Positions 32,901-43,889 of a DNA stretch of 64,000 bases are shown here, piece by piece (the first letter of the stretch is position 1; every line of letters starts with the position of its first letter). Made by a program: the position numbers and the translations under genes. A model generated the notes under the pieces. The model did not search any database, was not told where the DNA came from, and worked only from the letters and a program-made list of their open reading frames with translations. This stretch comes from Nitrospirota bacterium. Its GTDB lineage: Bacteria; Nitrospirota; UBA9217. The DNA lies in NCBI GenBank assembly GCA_963741205.1, contig CAVUHW010000013.1:1-64000 (forward strand), read 5' to 3'.

Positions 32901-33093
32901 ACCTGTGGCGGGATTCGCTGCGATATTACTACGATACAATAATCAAATATATGTTCACTTACTCTCCGAAGTCAAGGGGTATTCGGAAACTCTGTGACCC
33001 CGCGGCGGATGTCGCGTTATCAAGTCCCGCCATTTTGGGATGTTTGAGGGACTCCACTGACCGGCAGAGGAATGCTTGATGCATGTTCTCTAG

Positions 33094-33109
33094 AGCAAGT
33101 ATCGTTCCA
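33094..33109 (-). promoter_or_regulatory. Sigma54 -24/-12 promoter facing prpB
   Basis: Minus strand reads TGGAACGATACTTGCT (GG-N10-GC), one mismatch to TGGCACG-N4-TTGCW. Confidence 0.75.
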
Positions 33110-33136
33110 GAATGTTGCAAGGATGAAAGGAAAGAA

Positions 33137-33149
33137 TAAGTTGTTGATA
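33137..33149 (-). promoter_or_regulatory. IHF binding site
   Basis: Minus strand TATCAACAACTTA matches WATCAANNNNTTR exactly, between the promoter and the putative enhancer. Confidence 0.65.
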
Positions 33150-33181
33150 TGAAAAAAGACTGAAATGGAGTGACGAGGCTG

Positions 33182-33244
33182 GGCAGATCTTTCGCACATG
33201 CAACTACGTTCATGTTCGCAAGTTCTTGCAGGCAGCATTTTGCA
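33182..33244. promoter_or_regulatory. Putative upstream activating sequences (NGCA-N6-TGCA-like)
   Basis: CGCAAGTTCTTGCA (33217-33230), GGCAGCATTTTGCA (33231-33244), weaker copies at 33182 and 33199. Confidence 0.5.
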
Positions 33245-33395
33245 TCTTCCTCGCGGGGTATATATCCCTTCGACAAGAGGACATAGCGATATCAAATTGT
33301 CATTCCAATTTATTTTTACAACAAAGACAATTTCTGATAAACTCTTTTTGTCGCTAGCTTGCGTCAGAGAAACCTGAAACCAAAGGAGTCTGCCA

Positions 33396-34003
33396 ATGGC
33401 CGAGCCTTGGTATGGTAGGTCCTGTCGTTTCCTCGCTTTTATCATGCTGGGAGCATCGGCCCTCTTCGTTGCCTGCGCTTCAGTGTCGATCGAATCGGCA
33501 CGCGATCCCGGTTTTTCCGGCAAGATCAGCCGTCTCTACGTGCTCATCAGGGACGACGGTCAGCTCAAAAGTTCCTATACGCAGAACCTTCAGAAGGCAT
33601 TGACTGAGCGCCTGTCGGCCCGGGGAATTGCAGTCTCAAGTCGAGATCGCCTCTCCTTTGGAATTGGATGAAAGCAAGTATTCGCGGGATATTAAAACAT
33701 TCTCACCCGATGCCGTCCTGGTCGTTCAGTGGGTGGGAGGCACACGCCGTCTTCGCGAGGCAATAGAAGTTTTCTGGGATGCGAGCCTGCGCATTCCGGA
33801 TGACAAAGGCGCGCATCTGGCGCGCTACTATTCACATGTCGGGCGGCTCCAGCCTGTCCAGAATGACTGAAATGGCGGACGGCATGCTTTCCAAGCTGGA
33901 GCAGGATGGGATAATCACCCCCTTCACAAAGGCCGTCAAACAACAGGAGAGCACTGTTCCTTCTCCGGGTTCCGTCGGACCCGAAGGCGGCGCCGGTAAA
34001 TAG
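33396..34003 (+). CDS. Hypothetical lipoprotein (frameshifted)
   Basis: AAGGAG RBS; LFVAC lipobox-like site; three overlapping ORF pieces join into one coherent ~200-aa protein. Confidence 0.55.
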
Positions 34004-34066
34004 CAGTTCCCTCGATCATTATTTCCCTGCCTTGGGCGGCAGGAATCTATTGTAAGGAGAAAAAAC

Positions 34067-34568
34067 ATGGCTAAGGCGGCAAAGAAAGCAAAGTCAACAG
34101 CAGCACGGCGCATTGCGAAACCGGCGCCGGCGGTAAAGAGGCGCGGCAGCTCCTTCGTTTACCGCGAAGACGGCGAAGGAGATCACCGCGACCTTTAATG
34201 ACAGCATCGGGCTTACCGCGAAGGTGGCCGCAGCGGTCGCAGCGGCGAAGGTGAACATTCTCGCCGCTACCGGCCAGTCGGCAAGCGGGATGCGCAGAAA
34301 CGCTACCTTCACCCTGATCGTGGACGATTACGCCAAGGCGGAGAGGGCCCTCGATAAAATCGGCGCCGAGGATATCTGCGAGTCGTCGATCGTCATGGTC
34401 GAGACGCCGAACAAAGTGGGCGCCCTGGAAAGGGTGGCGAGACTCATCGCGGACGCCGGTATCGACATCTACTATTTCTACGCCACGACCAGCTCCGGTA
34501 AGACGGCGACCTCCGTATTCAAGACGGCCGACGACAAAAAGACGATCAAGGTATTGCGGGAAGCCTAA
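34067..34568 (+). CDS. Tandem ACT domain protein with a Lys/Ala-rich N-terminal tail (one frameshift)
   Basis: DSIGLTAKV..A..VNI and NKVGALERV..IADAGIDI ACT repeats; AAGGAG RBS before ATG 34067. Confidence 0.75.
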
Positions 34569-34615
34569 GGGCGGGTTAAGGAGTCAAGAAGACTTCGCTT
34601 TCACTCATTTGCTGT

Positions 34616-36829
34616 TCACGGGCGGGTGTGCCTGAACATCTCTGCAAGGTCCTGCCAGCGAGGGTCGGCAATGATCTCCTCCAGGGAAAGCGGGTTTTTC
34701 TGCCTCCAGTTGGGGTACTCGGTTACCGTGCCCGGCAGATTCTGCTGATCGATCGTCCCGATCACGTCGTCAAGGCTCACGAGCACGAGCTTTGAGGGAG
34801 AGACGGAGAGGTACCGGTAAATCGCGCAGCACAGCTCGGGTGTCATCGGGGGAACAGGCGAGGGATCTCCCGGGAAGATGCCCGGGAGCATACCGTGCGC
34901 CTGAAGCGCCTGGAGCATCAGTTTCCGGTCCCGCTCCCGGTTGTTCTGCTGCTGGAGATACTGTGAGTCGTCGCGGATGATCCCCACCCGCTTTTTCGCG
35001 TCCAGGTCCCGGCCGGACCAGTAGCCGGAGAGCGTGGGAAGGTCATGGGTCGCTATCGCGCAGAGCGCCATCGCGGGGAAGCGATCGGGAGCGATGAAGG
35101 AAGGGTCGGGATAGTTCCGTTCGAAATAGAAAAGCCGGTACGACAAAATGCCGAAGCGCTGAAGCATCCAGCGCGCCTCGTCCGTAATCGTTCCGAGGTC
35201 TTCGCCGATCACCAGGGTCCTGTTTCGCACGCTCTCCAGTGCGATGATCCGGAGGAGCTCTTCGGCATTGCACCGCACGTACGCACCGTCGCGGGGCGCA
35301 GTCCCCTGCGGGATCCAGAAGAGCCTGAAGAGGCCGAGGGCGTGGTCAATCCGAAGCGCTCCCATATGCTGCATGTTCTTCCTGATCGTCCTGATGAACA
35401 GGTCATAGCCGCTTTCCCGAAGCTTGTCCGGGATCATGGGCGGAAACCCCCAGTCCTGGCCAAGCGTGTTGAAATCATCGGGCGGGGCGCCCACCGCCAC
35501 CTGTAACGCCAAAACATCCTGATACATCCATCCGTCGCTGCCTCCGCAGATCGCTCCGACGGCCAGATCACCGTACAGACCGATCGGCATGTTCCGGGAC
35601 GCGGCCGCTGCTGACACCTCGGCCATCTGGGTGTCGATGAGCCACTGGATGTAGGCAAAAAAGAGCACCCTCTTTTCATTGTCCTTCCCGAAGGCGACAG
35701 CCGCCCCGCTGTGCGGCGAGTGGTACTCTTCCGGCCACATTGTCCACACACATGCCTCGTGTACCGTATTCATCCGCTCCGAAAGAGCGAGGAAGAGGGC
35801 GTAGTTCTCGAGCGGCTTCCCTTCCGAGGCCAGATACTCCCGGAATGCCTTGCCCCTCGGAGATCCCTTCAGGTAATGATCGCGGTAGAAAAGTTCAAAG
35901 GCCCGTTCGAGCAATTCCTGTTTGACGGCCGCGACACCCTCATAGTCAATGTGCTCGCTTTTTTTGAGTGACGCGATCTTTTCCGCGGTCTGCGCCGACC
36001 GTGGGATGTGAGCCGTCTCGGCAACAGCGTCCAGGTCAATGTAGATGAGGTTTTTGTACAACCTGCTGACGGGAGAATAGGGGCTTATTCCGTAGGGGAC
36101 GGTATTGGGGATCGCATGGAGCGGGTTGATCCCGACCAGACCGGCGTCCAGCTGCGACGCCCAGACGACGAGCCTGCGCAGGTCGCCCAGATCGCCGACT
36201 CCCCAGTTTTGCTCCGAACGAAACGCATAGAGATTGGCTGCAATGCCCCACGTCCTCCCCGTCCCGAGTTTTTCCGGCATATAGCATGAATCCGGCGTGA
36301 TGATCAGGCGGGCCGACCGATCGAGTGAGCAGGCGCCGTTTCCGAAGACCGGATCCGGGTGCGAGCAGGTGACCGAGAGGGTGTAATAACCGATTTCCCT
36401 TTCGGGGATGGACAGCAGGATTCTTACGATCCGCCGGTCATCGATGATCTGTTGCTCTTCAACCTTCAGTGTGCCTGCCGGAAAATCGATCGTCTGCTTC
36501 TTCCCCGCTTCGTCCTCCACGGTCAGCACGATACTTGCTGCGTGCTCCTTTCCTTCCGGCACCGGCAAGTGCATTGACAGGCGGTGCGGCTGGGCATGGA
36601 CCGAGATGATCGTTACGGGGTCAAGCACGGCGTGCCAGGGCTGCATCTTTTTCTTCACGATTCCCCGGCTGATGTCTTCCGCGGTGCCGACCGGGAAGCC
36701 CATTGCAGACAGAATCGCTGCCCTCGTTTGCGGGGAAGTGACATGCCTGTTGCCGAAGATATCGTAATACTCGGGGAGAATGCCGGCAAGCTCGGACAGT
36801 TCGGCTATCAGATTTTCGTAGTTGTCCAT
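34616..36829 (-). CDS. malQ: 4-alpha-glucanotransferase (GH77)
   Basis: GVGDLGDL, GINPLHA, DLAVG, GAPPD, RIDHALG, GEDLG and THD motifs. Confidence 0.95.
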   Translation of the reverse strand: MDNYENLIAELSELAGILPEYYDIFGNRHVTSPQTRAAILSAMGFPVGTAEDISRGIVKKKMQPWHAVLDPVTIISVHAQPHRLSMHLPVPEGKEHAASIVLTVEDEAGKKQTIDFPAGTLKVEEQQIIDDRRIVRILLSIPEREIGYYTLSVTCSHPDPVFGNGACSLDRSARLIITPDSCYMPEKLGTGRTWGIAANLYAFRSEQNWGVGDLGDLRRLVVWASQLDAGLVGINPLHAIPNTVPYGISPYSPVSRLYKNLIYIDLDAVAETAHIPRSAQTAEKIASLKKSEHIDYEGVAAVKQELLERAFELFYRDHYLKGSPRGKAFREYLASEGKPLENYALFLALSERMNTVHEACVWTMWPEEYHSPHSGAAVAFGKDNEKRVLFFAYIQWLIDTQMAEVSAAAASRNMPIGLYGDLAVGAICGGSDGWMYQDVLALQVAVGAPPDDFNTLGQDWGFPPMIPDKLRESGYDLFIRTIRKNMQHMGALRIDHALGLFRLFWIPQGTAPRDGAYVRCNAEELLRIIALESVRNRTLVIGEDLGTITDEARWMLQRFGILSYRLFYFERNYPDPSFIAPDRFPAMALCAIATHDLPTLSGYWSGRDLDAKKRVGIIRDDSQYLQQQNNRERDRKLMLQALQAHGMLPGIFPGDPSPVPPMTPELCCAIYRYLSVSPSKLVLVSLDDVIGTIDQQNLPGTVTEYPNWRQKNPLSLEEIIADPRWQDLAEMFRHTRP

Positions 36830-37428
36830 ATAAGAAATATTACCACGTTCTATCCGGAAATGTTTGAGCCGGTGCTGCTTGTGCCGGTATGGGGTGAGGT
36901 TCCAGATCGGTAATTTTGGGGAGAGTAACTTTAAGGTTTTCTTCTCGATCCTTGACGCGAGAGCGCAGCTGCAAACCCCAAAAGACAACATAAGGATATG
37001 AGGTGCTTTGTTAATGAAGTTATCAGTAGATCCCACTGCACACTTTGCTGCAAAACAGAGTATTGTCCGTCAAAGCGAGTGAAAAGCTCGATTGATCGGC
37101 GCTATTTCACCCATGAAACAGGGGCATTTGCCCCAATTCGTATCGTAATAGTGTTGTACAAGGATGGCAGCATGGTTATTAGTTTAATATCTCCCCGAAT
37201 CTCCTTGATTAAATAATCGAAATTTATTTCTAATTATTATGAACATAAGCTTAAGCTTAGCGTAAAACTTGCACTGTTTATTGGCTAAATACTTTTCTCA
37301 CGTCAGCATCTCCACTGATTGGTTGGCATTTTATCCAGAGGTTATGGGACGGCTGGGGGACGTAGTTGCACCCGTTGCGTAGAGGGATTTTGAAGTTGTT
37401 GTGAGAAGCTGATTTTAGGAAAAAGATA

Positions 37429-37460
37429 ATAGTTCAGGGTTCAAAGTTCAAAGTTCGAAG
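37429..37460. repeat. Heptamer tandem (RGTTCAR)x4
   Basis: AGTTCAG GGTTCAA AGTTCAA AGTTCGA; the first 13 bp (ATAGTTCAGGGTT) recur at 37774-37786. Confidence 0.65.
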
Positions 37461-37522
37461 TAATAATATAGTCCAGAGCTCAAACCAGAGTTCAATATTG
37501 AGACCGCGAGAGGAGAACGAGC

Positions 37523-37777
37523 ATGATACATAAGGCCAGAGCAACATGCAAAAATGGACACACCGTGGAATTCGGTCCTTGCAACAAGGAGTTCACCAAG
37601 TTCTTCCTTTTCAAATCGGTTTGTACTTCGACGGACCATGAGGTCGTTTCCGCCGATGAGATCCAGTGCCAGCAGTGCAAGACGATCCATATGGCCCGGC
37701 TATGCAAGAAATGCGGGGAGTATGTGCCGGTGGCGAAGTTCAATCAGAAAACTCAATTTGAAAGATTAAAAAGATAG
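37523..37777 (+). CDS. Small Cys-rich putative zinc-ribbon protein (84 aa)
   Basis: GAGGAG RBS; CxxxH, C, C, CxxC, CxxC. Confidence 0.7.
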   Translation: MIHKARATCKNGHTVEFGPCNKEFTKFFLFKSVCTSTDHEVVSADEIQCQQCKTIHMARLCKKCGEYVPVAKFNQKTQFERLKR

Positions 37778-38151
37778 TTCAGGGTTTATTAGCCGCGAAT
37801 GAACGTGAATAGAGGCAAGGATTAATTGAGGGTGGAGGGGGCCGCTCGGGCAAAAGAGAATGCCCTTGGATGGAAACCGATTATGTGTTGCTCCAATTCA
37901 ACGACACATCGCGAAGAGCACGAAAGGCATATCGGGTTTTCGTGCAAGAAGGGTTAATGGGTCAGACTTAAAGATTGAGATTTGTTTGGAAATAAACATG
38001 CGGGTTTTTTATCTTGAAATTGATAGTTGTTTCACTTTGACGAGAGGACGGATTTGTAGAACCTGAGGTGATCCTGTCCCTCGTTGCTCCGGTATTCGCC
38101 GACTAAGTAAACGTGTAATACCCCACGGCACACTCGCTGCTCAATTCCCCT

Positions 38152-39870
38152 CTAGGGTTTGATCTTGTACTTCTTGATCTTGTAATACAGGTTCCGAACC
38201 GCCGTTCCGAGGAGCTGCGCGGCCTGTTCACGGTTTCCTTTGGCCTCGTGGAGAGCGCGCTCGATGGCGGCTCGCTCCGCCTCGGCGATCACCTGGGAGA
38301 GGGGCCGGACCGGCCCCGCTTGCTGACCCAGGATGATCTGGCCGATGCGTTCGCACTCGAAAAGGGGCAGGTGCGCGAGCTCAATGGTCCTCTCCGCGGG
38401 TTTCATGTTGATCATGGCCCGTCCAATCACGCTCTCCAGCTCCCGCACGTTCCCCGGCCACTGGTAATCCTTCATCGCTTCCATTGCCTCGTCCGCGATC
38501 CGCTCGACCTGCCTGCCGTAGTCCCGGTTCAGCCGCACGAGCAGATGTGTCGCGATCACCGGAATGTCGTCCGTAATGCTCCGGAGGGGCGGGATGCGGA
38601 TCGGGAGCACGTTCAGGCGGTAGTAGAGGTCCTCGCGAAAGGAACCGTCCTTGATCTTCAGCTCCAGGTTGGCGTTGGTCGCGGCGATGACCCGCACGTC
38701 CACGGCAATGGGTATGGTGCTGCCGACCTTCATGACCTCTTTTTCCTGCAGCACCCGAAGGAGTTTTTTCTGGAGGGAGGGCGTGATGTCGCCGATCTCG
38801 TCCAGGAAGATAGTGCCCCCTTGGGCCTCCTGGAAGAGGCCGCGCTTGCCGCCCTTCATCGCGCCGGTGAAGGCGCCCTCCTCGTAACCGAAGAGCTCAC
38901 TTTCGAGCAACTGCTCGGGCAGGGCCGCGCAGTTCACGCGCACGAACTGGCCCTTGCTCCTTCTGCTCGCGTTGTGGATGGCGTGGGCGAAGAGCTCCTT
39001 GCCGGTCCCGCTCTCGCCCCGCAGGAGCACGGTAGCGGGCGTCCCGGCGGCGCGCATGGCCTGTTCCTTGGCGGAGGCCAGTGCCGCGCTCGTTCCCACG
39101 ATGTCGTCCCACGTATACCGCGCTTCGAGGCGTCGGATGAGCTTTTTGGCGTGGGCGAGCTCCGAGGTCAGGGCCATGATCTCGGAGATGTCCTGGATCG
39201 TTCCCACGCTGCCGCGGATTTTCCCGCCGATATAGATCGGGGCCACGTTCACGATCACTTCTTTTTTCACGGGTCCGACCTTCATCCGTATGTTCCTGAC
39301 GGGCCTGCCGGTCTTAAGCACCTGCAGGTGCATGCTCTCGCCTTCCGCGATGTCCACCGTCACGGGCTTGTCCACGACCGCGTCCTTCGCAAGCCCGGTG
39401 ATGCGCGTGTACGCCGGGTTGACGATGATGGTGTTGCCGCGCTCGTCCGCCACGGAGATGGCGTCTGCCGTGGACTCGATAACCGCTTCGAGGAGGCTCC
39501 GCACGTTCCAGAGGCCGGTCACCTTGTCCGCGAGGGTCCTGATCTCCGTGATGTCGCGAAAGACGGCCACGGCGCCGATGACCTCTCCGTCTTCGCTTCT
39601 GACCGGCACCCGGTTCGTGACGATGACGATATTATTGAGGCTCTGTTCCTGGTTGATTTCGGGCTTGCCCTCGGCGAGGACTACGTGAAGGCGGGTGTTG
39701 GGAATGACCTTGATGGCGGGACGGTCGAGCACCATCCCGGCCTTGAGGCCCGTGATCCGCTCCGCGGCCCGGTTGAAGAGGGTAACAATGCCGGACCGGT
39801 CCACGGCGATCATCCCGTCATGGGTAGAGTCGAGGATGATGTCTATTTCACGAGCGGTAAGGGTGGCCAT
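38152..39870 (-). CDS. Sigma54-dependent activator (PAS-PAS-AAA+-Fis HTH)
   Basis: [32 protein letters not shown] and C-terminal HTH; two PAS repeats. Confidence 0.95.
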   Translation of the reverse strand: MATLTAREIDIILDSTHDGMIAVDRSGIVTLFNRAAERITGLKAGMVLDRPAIKVIPNTRLHVVLAEGKPEINQEQSLNNIVIVTNRVPVRSEDGEVIGAVAVFRDITEIRTLADKVTGLWNVRSLLEAVIESTADAISVADERGNTIIVNPAYTRITGLAKDAVVDKPVTVDIAEGESMHLQVLKTGRPVRNIRMKVGPVKKEVIVNVAPIYIGGKIRGSVGTIQDISEIMALTSELAHAKKLIRRLEARYTWDDIVGTSAALASAKEQAMRAAGTPATVLLRGESGTGKELFAHAIHNASRRSKGQFVRVNCAALPEQLLESELFGYEEGAFTGAMKGGKRGLFQEAQGGTIFLDEIGDITPSLQKKLLRVLQEKEVMKVGSTIPIAVDVRVIAATNANLELKIKDGSFREDLYYRLNVLPIRIPPLRSITDDIPVIATHLLVRLNRDYGRQVERIADEAMEAMKDYQWPGNVRELESVIGRAMINMKPAERTIELAHLPLFECERIGQIILGQQAGPVRPLSQVIAEAERAAIERALHEAKGNREQAAQLLGTAVRNLYYKIKKYKIKP

Positions 39871-39977
39871 GTCATGCACCTGGATGAATTGTACTGTATC
39901 TCATGCCCTTTGGCAATTGTACCATGAGTATTCGCACTGAGAGAGCATGCAAATTTTTTGTTCTTTTGCTCGCGCTG

Positions 39978-41896
39978 TTATCGCAATTCCTCAAAAAAAT
40001 TCTTGAACTCTTCCCGTTCGTCGGTGATCCTGCACTTCGGAATGGACTTCAAAAAGGACTTTCCGTAGTTCTTCGTCATGATGCGCGAGTCGAGGACCGC
40101 GACCGCGCCTTTGTCCGTTTTCGTGCGGATGAGCCTGCCGAATCCCTGGCGGAACAGGAGCGTGGCCTGCGGGACCTGGTACTCGAAGAAGGGGTTATTG
40201 AGCCTTTCCATGCGCGACTCGACGATGGGATCGTCGGGCACGGCAAAGGGGAGCTTCGCGATCACGACGCATTGGAGCGCGTCGCCGGGGATGTCGATCC
40301 CCTGCCAGAACGACGCGGTGCCCATGAGCACGGCATGGGGGATGCTCTTGAACTGCTCGATCAGGCGGTAGGCCGGCATCTCGCCCTGGCACAGGAATCC
40401 GAGGTCCGGCAGCTCCCTCCGCAGCGTCTCGGCGCTCTTTCGGAGCTGGCCGTAGCTCGTGAAGAGCACCAGCGTCCTTCCCCGCGTAATCGACAGAACG
40501 GACTTCAGTTCGCTGTCGAATTTTTCCTGGTAGCCTTCCGCCTGCTGGTCCTCCAGTCCCGGCGCGATATAGAGCATGGCCTGGTTCTCAAAATCAAAGG
40601 GCGAGTCGAGCAGAAGCTCGGCGGGCGCGTCGAGGCCCAGGCGGCTTCTGATGTACGTGAAGGAACCTGCCGAGGAAAGCGTGGCGGACGTAAGCACCAC
40701 GGTCTCCGTCTTGCCGAAGAGCTGCTCCCTGAGCGTTTCGGCGACGTCGATGGGAGAGGCGACGAGGCGGTAGCGCTGGTTCTCGCGCTCGGCCCAGTAC
40801 ACGAAGCCCTCGGCGCTCTGGTCCAGGTTCATGCGCACGGCGGCGGCGAGCGACTGGGCGCGCGAGGCGAAGGCCTTGACCTCGAGCTCTTCCTCCTGCG
40901 ACTCGGCGATGAGTTCCAGGAGCGCGTCAGAGAGCTCCATGAGCGGTTCGCTCAGGATGTCGGGAATGATGTTGCGCCGTCTGATCCTCATGACGGGCTC
41001 TTTCAGCCAGCAAGGGGTGGAGGTTCAGGAAGAAGTTGTCGGAAATGACCCGGAGCCCGTCGACCATGCCGCGCACCGTCTGGACCTCCGGCCCCTGCGC
41101 CGTGAGCCGCGTCAGGAGGCCCTTGCGCGTGCGCTGGGAGAGGAGCGTGTCCAGGAGGTACTTGACCGAGAAGTTCGTCACCTCGACGCCCAGGTAATCG
41201 GTGGCCACGTCCTCGACCTGGTGGGCCTCGTCGAACACCACGGCCTTGTACTGCGGGAGCACGTTTCCTCCCGTGGCCATGTCGGCGAAGAAGAGATGGT
41301 GGTTGGCCACGAGGATATGGGCCTGCTGTTCGATCGATTTTGTTTTCTGGTAGAAGCAGTCTTTGTAATAGGAGCAGTCCTTGCCGAAGCAGAGGTCCGC
41401 CTGGCGGCAGGCCTTGGCCCAGAGACCGTGCGGCGGTTCGACGGCGAGTTCGCTCCGGAGGCCCGTGCGCGTCATCGTGGACCACTCGAAGAGGCGGTTC
41501 AGCGGCTCGATCTCGTTCTGTTCGTAGAGGCTGCCGATGCGGCAGTGCGTCGAACCTTCGGAGGCAGAGGTAGTTCTCCCCGCCCACGCACAGGGCATAC
41601 CGGAAATCGCCGAGCACCTTTTTCAGGAACGGCAGGTCCTTGTCCACGAGCTGCTGCTGGAGGGCCTTGGTATAGGTCGCGACGACGGCGCGGCTGTTCT
41701 CGTTTCGCGCGAAGAGGATGAGCGGGACGAGGTACGCCAGGCTCTTGCCCACGCCGGTGCCCGCCTCGACGATGAGGTGGGTCTTATCGGCAAGCGCCTT
41801 CTCGACCGCGGCGGCCATATCGATCTGCTGGGGCCGGTGCTCGTAGTTTTTGTTCATGGCCCGGCTGATCATCCCGGATTCGCCGAAGATCTTCAT
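39978..41896 (-). CDS. DinG/YoaA-family Fe-S DNA helicase (frameshifted)
   Basis: EAGTGVGKS, NYLC..C..C..C, DEAH, TSATL, FWQGID and QGFGRLIR motifs. Confidence 0.92.
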
Positions 41897-42196
41897 GCGT
41901 TCATTGGTCCCATAAAGTAACACGGGGCAGGGGAGATTGCAAACGCTATCTGATAGTGCGGCGCACCTCTGTGAGCCTGCCAAGAATGACCTCAATTGGG
42001 AATCCATCTCGTATTGGCCTTGTAACGAAGACTGCAGTTTTTTCGCCGAAAGCTTCACCTGCAGCTCCCTTCCCAATCTCTTCACCTTACCTTCATTGTC
42101 AACAAACCACAATTCTACTTGTATATCCCGGTTTTTTTAGGGTTTTTACCGGCTTTTTGTTGCACTAATCCGGTTGTTGTGTTACTATGCTGGCTT

Positions 42197-43220
42197 ATGC
42201 GAACGGCTGTTTTCCTTATAATTTTTGCTTTTCTGGCGCTGCCCGCCGGTTCCGGCGCGGCCGACCAAGGGACTGACGGTCAAGGGCGTGCGGTTCTCGA
42301 CCTATTCGACCTTCACCCGCATCGTATTCGAAGTCGAAGCGGCTGCGCCGTATGTCCTGACGAGGTCGCGGGACGGCAAGAGCATCATGCTGGGTTCCTA
42401 TGAAGGGCCCCTCGTCCTCTAGTCGCCTCTGCCTGCGATCCATGACAGCATGGTGGCCGGCATGGAGACCTGGGAAGAGGCGGGCAGGACCTATCCTGGC
42501 GATCCGTCTCGCAACCGCCGCGGGCGAGGCAAAGGACTTTGCCCTTCGCGGTCCGGACCGGATCGTCCTCGACATCATGAAGGGGACGGCCGCATCCGCT
42601 CCCGCGCCTCCGCAGGACCAGCCGGTCGTGGTCGTCCTCGACCCGGGCCACGGCGGCAGGGATTCCGGGGCTCTTGACGGGACAGGCGGTCGAGAAGACA
42701 TTCGATCTCGAGCTTGCGCTGGCCGTCGGTAAAATCCTTCGCGACGTCGGGCCGTCTGAAGGTGGTCATCACCCGCGAGAAGGACCAGGCCCTCACGCTC
42801 GACGAACGGGCAGCCTCGGCCAACGCCGCGGGGGCGTCGGTCTTTGTGAGCATTCACGCCGCGCCCGGGGCCGGCGCCCGGGTCTATATCCAGGATCTCA
42901 CCGACGACGCGGAGGCCGCGGCCCAGGCCCGCCCCGTGAGCGGAGACTTCCTCGGTTACGAGACCGGGAGCGAGCGGCGGGAGATGGTCTGGAGCAAACA
43001 GCAGGCGCCGCATGCGCAGCAGAGCGGCGAACTCGGCCGGAAACTCGCGCGCCGGCTCGCGGGAAATGAGAGCGCCGAGCCGGTGCAGGCCCCGCTCGCC
43101 GGGCTGAAGGCCGTGGACGCGGCCGCGGTCCTGATCGAGGTCGGCATGGGGCAGGACCTCGCACGGTCGGCCCAGGATATCGCCAGGGGGATTGAGCAGT
43201 ATGTCACCGACAACCGATAG
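42197..43220 (+). CDS. N-acetylmuramoyl-L-alanine amidase (AMIN + Amidase_3), frameshifted
   Basis: Signal peptide, RIVFEV and GPDRIVLDI AMIN-like strands, DPGHGG, EK, SIH and LIEVG motifs. Confidence 0.85.
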
Positions 43221-43794
43221 AAGCATTCGGGATAACCGCCTGCTGATCGCCGTCATCATCGGCATCGTTCTCGTCGTTGCAGGAGGATTTTACTTCTGGA
43301 TGCGCATGAACACCGCCGATGCAGCCGGAAATCGGCGGAGCAGGGCGCCACTTCGCTGATCCAGCCTGCCTTCCGCAACGAGCCGCTCGCCGTGACGCTC
43401 TACTATCCCCTGGAGGGCATGCTTGTTGCCGGGACGGCACCGGTAAAACGGCAGCCGGACACGCAGGCGCAGGCGCGGGAAACACTCGTTGCCGTGCTTC
43501 AGGACCGGCGGGCCGCGCAGGCCCCCGTGCTCAGGGACATCAAGCTTCGGGCATTCTATCTCGATGCGCAGGGAACGGCCTACATCGACCTCACGCCGGG
43601 CGAGTTGTCCGTCCGGGCATCGGCGTGGGATGAACAGCTTGCCGTCTATGCGCTCGTGAACACGCTCATGCAGAATTTCGAGGAGATCAAGCAGGTCGCG
43701 TTTCTCGTTGACGGCACGGGACGCCCAGACCCTCGCGGGGCACATGGACCTGTCCCGGAAGTACGTGAAGAGAATGGACCTGGTAAGGCAGTAG
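43201..43794 (+). CDS. GerMN domain membrane protein (frameshifted)
   Basis: N-terminal TM; GTAYIDL, E..VYALVNTL..NF..I..V..LVDG..TLAGHMDL. Confidence 0.82.
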
Positions 43795-43798
43795 AACC

Positions 43799-43876
43799 GG
43801 TTACGGGTTGCGAGAGGCGGGTTGCAGGTCTGATCGGGTTTAACCCGGATACCTGCTAACTCGCAACTGCGCAACT
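43799..43876. repeat. Heptamer-repeat hairpin, (GGTTGCG)n / (CGCAACT)n
   Basis: About four degenerate 7-mers on each side of a loop, between the GerMN gene and murI. Confidence 0.6.
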
Positions 43877-43889
43877 ATTATTTTATCTC

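Noticed and set aside
36830-37036. N-terminal extension of MalQ, or a separate ORF upstream
   Set aside because: No recognisable motif or RBS; MalQ similarity begins near MDNYENL (36829).
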